A stretch of DNA of 49,554 nt from Rhodothermales bacterium (GTDB lineage: Bacteria; Bacteroidota; Rhodothermia; Rhodothermales; Bin80), in assembly GCA_012267425.1 (NCBI GenBank), contig JAAXGO010000073.1, positions 1 through 49,554 of the forward strand. The letters run 5' to 3'. Within the stretch, counting starts at the first letter, position 1; each line of letters starts with the position of its first letter. The notes under the pieces are model-generated. The model was not told the origin of the DNA. It searched no databases and worked only from the letters and a program-made list of their open reading frames with translations. Shown in pieces: positions 46,875 through 49,554 of this stretch. The position numbers and the translations under genes were made by a program.

Positions 46875-47843
46875 CTAATGCTTCAAGTCATCGGGCCGCA
46901 ATCCCGGCTTGAATTTGTCTCCAAAGCCCGAGTTGTTGGGTTCATATGTGCCGCTTATGGTCGCATCCGCGCCGCCCTCTGGGACCTCGTGACCGAGAGC
47001 CCACAGGATACCGTTGAGTGCGAGCCGGCGCATGGACTCGTCTTTGAAGTCGTACGGGTGGCCGAGCGTCGTAAAAAACACTCGTGCTGCCGTCCCGGGA
47101 GACCCCGTATAGGTCTTGGTCCATGCAACGGGATTTGTGAGCGGAAATCTGTCTAGGCGGTCGTTCATTGCGTGCCCTGACTTCAGTGAAGTACCCAGCA
47201 GCAGCGGTTGACTATCGCCGTATAGTTCGTGATCGCCGCCGTGTACGTGGTACAGCCACGAGTATGCATCGAACGGCTTCACGCCGCGAAGAATGGAGTG
47301 ATCTTCCATTCCAGCCACGAATCCCACGGCGGTAAGCGGCTTGTCACCGTCATCGAAGTGACCGTGATGAGTGATCCACTTCTGACCGAAGACCTTGGTC
47401 GGCCAATCGTCATTGAGGTGTTCCCGCTCCGGGTCATCTTTGTACAAAAAAGCGTGCGTAGACGTGCGAAAGCCCACCATCGGTTTGCCCGATTCCGCAA
47501 ACGCCAGAATGTGGGCTGCCTGTTCGTCAGGCAACGCACGGAAGCGTGTAAACAGGACCATCAAGTTGGCGTCGTCAAGCGCCTCTAGCCCTTCAATGTT
47601 GTCGAGTACATTGGGATCAATAAAGCCGTTTTCGTTCAGGGCAAAGCACACTGTCACCTCGAAGCTGTAATCCCTACGCAGGATACGGGCGAGCATCGGC
47701 ATCGACTCTTCCGACCGGTATTCCTCGTCACCGGTTACAATTACGATTCTAGTCGACTCAATAGGGTCACTCTCATCCAGAGGCAAATACCGATACCCGG
47801 TAGCGACAAGCGCGATCAACACTAGGGCGGCAGGCGTACGCAT
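46875..47843 (-). CDS. ThuA-domain protein (second, different subtype)
   Basis: Signal peptide. Blocks: RIVIVTGDEEYRSEESMPMLARIL, ANLMVLFTRFRALPDEQ, KPMVGFRTSTHAF, FFTTLGHPYDF. Confidence 0.8.
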   Translation of the reverse strand: MRTPAALVLIALVATGYRYLPLDESDPIESTRIVIVTGDEEYRSEESMPMLARILRRDYSFEVTVCFALNENGFIDPNVLDNIEGLEALDDANLMVLFTRFRALPDEQAAHILAFAESGKPMVGFRTSTHAFLYKDDPEREHLNDDWPTKVFGQKWITHHGHFDDGDKPLTAVGFVAGMEDHSILRGVKPFDAYSWLYHVHGGDHELYGDSQPLLLGTSLKSGHAMNDRLDRFPLTNPVAWTKTYTGSPGTAARVFFTTLGHPYDFKDESMRRLALNGILWALGHEVPEGGADATISGTYEPNNSGFGDKFKPGLRPDDLKH

Positions 47844-47907
47844 GGCTTAAGCAAACTGTGTTGTGGGAGACAGGGAAAGGTGTGACCGATACGTGAGAAT
47901 TTGGAGA

Positions 47908-49443
47908 TTAGCGCTGACTGTGGCCGTTCGTCTCAATGCGTGACAGCAGGTCCGATAGCTCCCGGACGATGTCGGACCGCTCCGCGTAGAGGTCATTTTC
48001 TTCACCGGGATCTATGGCAAGGTTGAATAGCTGCCCGGGAGGATCTCCGTCCGCTGTTTCGATGCGGCTCGGCTGCGTGAATCCACCGGATCCGCGTCCG
48101 AGGATCAACTTCCAGTTACCTCGACGTACGGCAAACATGCCGTCTCCGGAGTGCTGAATCATGGACTCACGACCGCCTATGTCGATCCCGTGTAGCGCGG
48201 GCAGAAAAGAAAAACTGTCTTCTCCGCCGTTGTGCGCAATGTCGCGCCCCAAGATGTCGGCCGCGGTGGCTATGAAATCCGTCAGCGATACCAGCTGATC
48301 ACTTGTCGAGCCCGCGTCGACAATTCCGGGCCAACGAACGATGAGGGGAACGCGATGGCCACCCTCAAAGATGTCGGCTTTCTGTCCTCGAAGGGATGCG
48401 TTGGCACGATGTTCCCAGGTGTCGATGTCCGACTCGAGCCAATGAGCCCCATTGTCACTTGTAAACGCGAAGAAAGTCGAACTGCCCTTGCCGACGCTAT
48501 CGAGCGCTCCGAGAATCGCACCGACAGCATGGTCGACCTCTGCGACGAAATCCCCGTATGGCCCGGCGTCGCTTACACCCTCAAATTCTTCAGTCGGTAA
48601 CCACGGCGTATGCGGGGCGGAAAACGCGACATACAGAAAAAACGGAGCGTTGTCTCGAGACAGGATGAAGTCGACCGCTTTCTCTGTTGTAACATACAGA
48701 ACGTCTTTGTGCCGAAATCCCGGCGCAATGGGCCCGGCGCGCCAAAACCCACCTCCTCCATGCCGCCGCATTGCACTTGCGTCTACATGCTCCGTTGGCA
48801 ATTCCGCGACGCGGTCTTGGTCAATAAATACGTATGGAGCAAAGTCCAGTGACGCGGGGATTCCGAAGAAGGTATCGAACCCGAGATCGATGGGCCCCGG
48901 ACTTAGTCGGGTGTAATAGTCGACCGTGTCGGCCACGCCGAGGCCAAGATGCCATTTGCCGAAAGCACCGGTAACGTAGCCATGCTCTTTTAGGAACTTC
49001 GGCAGTGTCATGCGCGACGTATCGATCAAACTCGGCGAATATCCATCGGTCACCCAACTCTTGAGGCTGGTCCGCCAGGCATATCGTCCCGTGAGGAGGC
49101 CGTACCGTGTGGGTGTGCACACGGCGCTCGGCGAGTGCGCGTCGGTGAAGCGCATCCCACTTGCTGCAAACCCATTGAGGTTGGGAGTCGGAATCTTTGA
49201 GGCCGCATTGTAGGATTTGAGATCTCCGTACCCCATGTCGTCCGCTAGGATGACGACGAAGTTGGGAGGCTGCGCTTCTCCACAACCGAGTGCGGTGATC
49301 AAAAGCGCGAGAGGAAACAGAACGCTCGGCAGGTGAGCCTTACTGCATGTTGCGGAGTACGGCTTCGAGGTGTTGCTTGGCGTACCTTGCACTGGTGTTG
49401 AGGGAAGAGCCGTAAGAGGAATAAATTCGTCGGGATCCGACAC
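47908..49443 (-). CDS. Arylsulfatase (formylglycine-dependent sulfatase family), lipoprotein
   Basis: PNFVVILADDMGYGDL and the CxPxR maturation motif in SPSAVCTPTRYGLLTGRY. Further blocks: FGKWHLG, and WKL...QLFNLAIDPGEENDL at the C-terminus. Lipobox LITALGC. The start is uncertain: GTG at 49443 or GTG at 49392. Confidence 0.88.
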   Translation of the reverse strand: MSDPDEFIPLTALPSTPVQGTPSNTSKPYSATCSKAHLPSVLFPLALLITALGCGEAQPPNFVVILADDMGYGDLKSYNAASKIPTPNLNGFAASGMRFTDAHSPSAVCTPTRYGLLTGRYAWRTSLKSWVTDGYSPSLIDTSRMTLPKFLKEHGYVTGAFGKWHLGLGVADTVDYYTRLSPGPIDLGFDTFFGIPASLDFAPYVFIDQDRVAELPTEHVDASAMRRHGGGGFWRAGPIAPGFRHKDVLYVTTEKAVDFILSRDNAPFFLYVAFSAPHTPWLPTEEFEGVSDAGPYGDFVAEVDHAVGAILGALDSVGKGSSTFFAFTSDNGAHWLESDIDTWEHRANASLRGQKADIFEGGHRVPLIVRWPGIVDAGSTSDQLVSLTDFIATAADILGRDIAHNGGEDSFSFLPALHGIDIGGRESMIQHSGDGMFAVRRGNWKLILGRGSGGFTQPSRIETADGDPPGQLFNLAIDPGEENDLYAERSDIVRELSDLLSRIETNGHSQR

Positions 49444-49530
49444 CAGGTTGTAGAACGTGCCCGTATCGTAGAGTTTCCACGTATGGTCTGGTGTAGCATG
49501 ATATGTTCCATGCTGGGTGATATTTTTTTG
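49444..49530 (-). pseudogene. Sulfatase C-terminal-like segment lying in frame upstream of the sulfatase gene
   Basis: The same minus frame stays open up to TGA at 49531-49533. It reads QHGTYHATPDHTWKLYDTGTFYNLVSDPDEFIPL, which resembles the sulfatase C-terminal block WKLY.dG.l(F/Y).L..DP.E..(N/P)L. Confidence 0.3.
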
Positions 49531-49554
49531 TCAGGTGTTACATTACCTTTCGGG

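Noticed and set aside
1-49554. Searched for CRISPR arrays, rRNA or tRNA genes, reverse transcriptases, integrases and canonical defence-system genes (restriction-modification, CBASS-type cyclases, Argonaute, helicase-nuclease pairs).
   Set aside because: I saw no regularly spaced direct repeats and none of the corresponding protein signatures in any frame. The only methyltransferase (9380-10117) has small-molecule/class I features and no adjacent nuclease.

Overview
High-GC, gene-dense bacterial chromosomal segment with about 45 supportable genes on both strands. I found no rRNA, tRNA or CRISPR array. A type-A T9SS C-terminal sorting domain (34046-34303), many lipoprotein signal peptides and the gene content suggest a Bacteroidota/Rhodothermota-like organism; this is inference only.

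Housekeeping genes: phosphofructokinase, NfeD-flotillin pair, glyA, tatC, Nramp transporter, korAB 2-oxoacid:ferredoxin oxidoreductase, apaG and tonB. These are interspersed with exported or niche-adaptive genes: a large TPR/FG-GAP/ASPIC lipoprotein, DUF4159, DUF3500, two arylsulfotransferase-like beta-propellers, two ThuA-like proteins, a sulfatase and a XylA-like TIM barrel.

Three stretches contain decayed selfish-element debris:
- 5.5-10.9 kb: orphan Doc, frameshifted YchF-like GTPase, degenerate VapBC, IS110 remnant.
- 30.1-30.9 kb: possible P-loop kinase pseudogene.
- 37.4-38.7 kb: IS5-family transposase remnants.

I could not recognise any canonical defence system. The best novelty candidates are:
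1. A YceI + c-type haem motif + PHM/DBH-like copper monooxygenase fusion, downstream of a Spy/CpxP-like gene (27.4-30.1 kb).
2. An orphan lipoprotein built from two tandem copies of an unrecognised ~230-250 aa module (30.9-32.5 kb).
3. A tightly coupled four-gene operon: FAD oxidase, cysteine-depleted Fe-S subunit, Tm-1-like ATP-binding protein and creatininase-family hydrolase (40.5-45.3 kb).

All family calls come from motif recognition by eye on the supplied translations. No database search was run.
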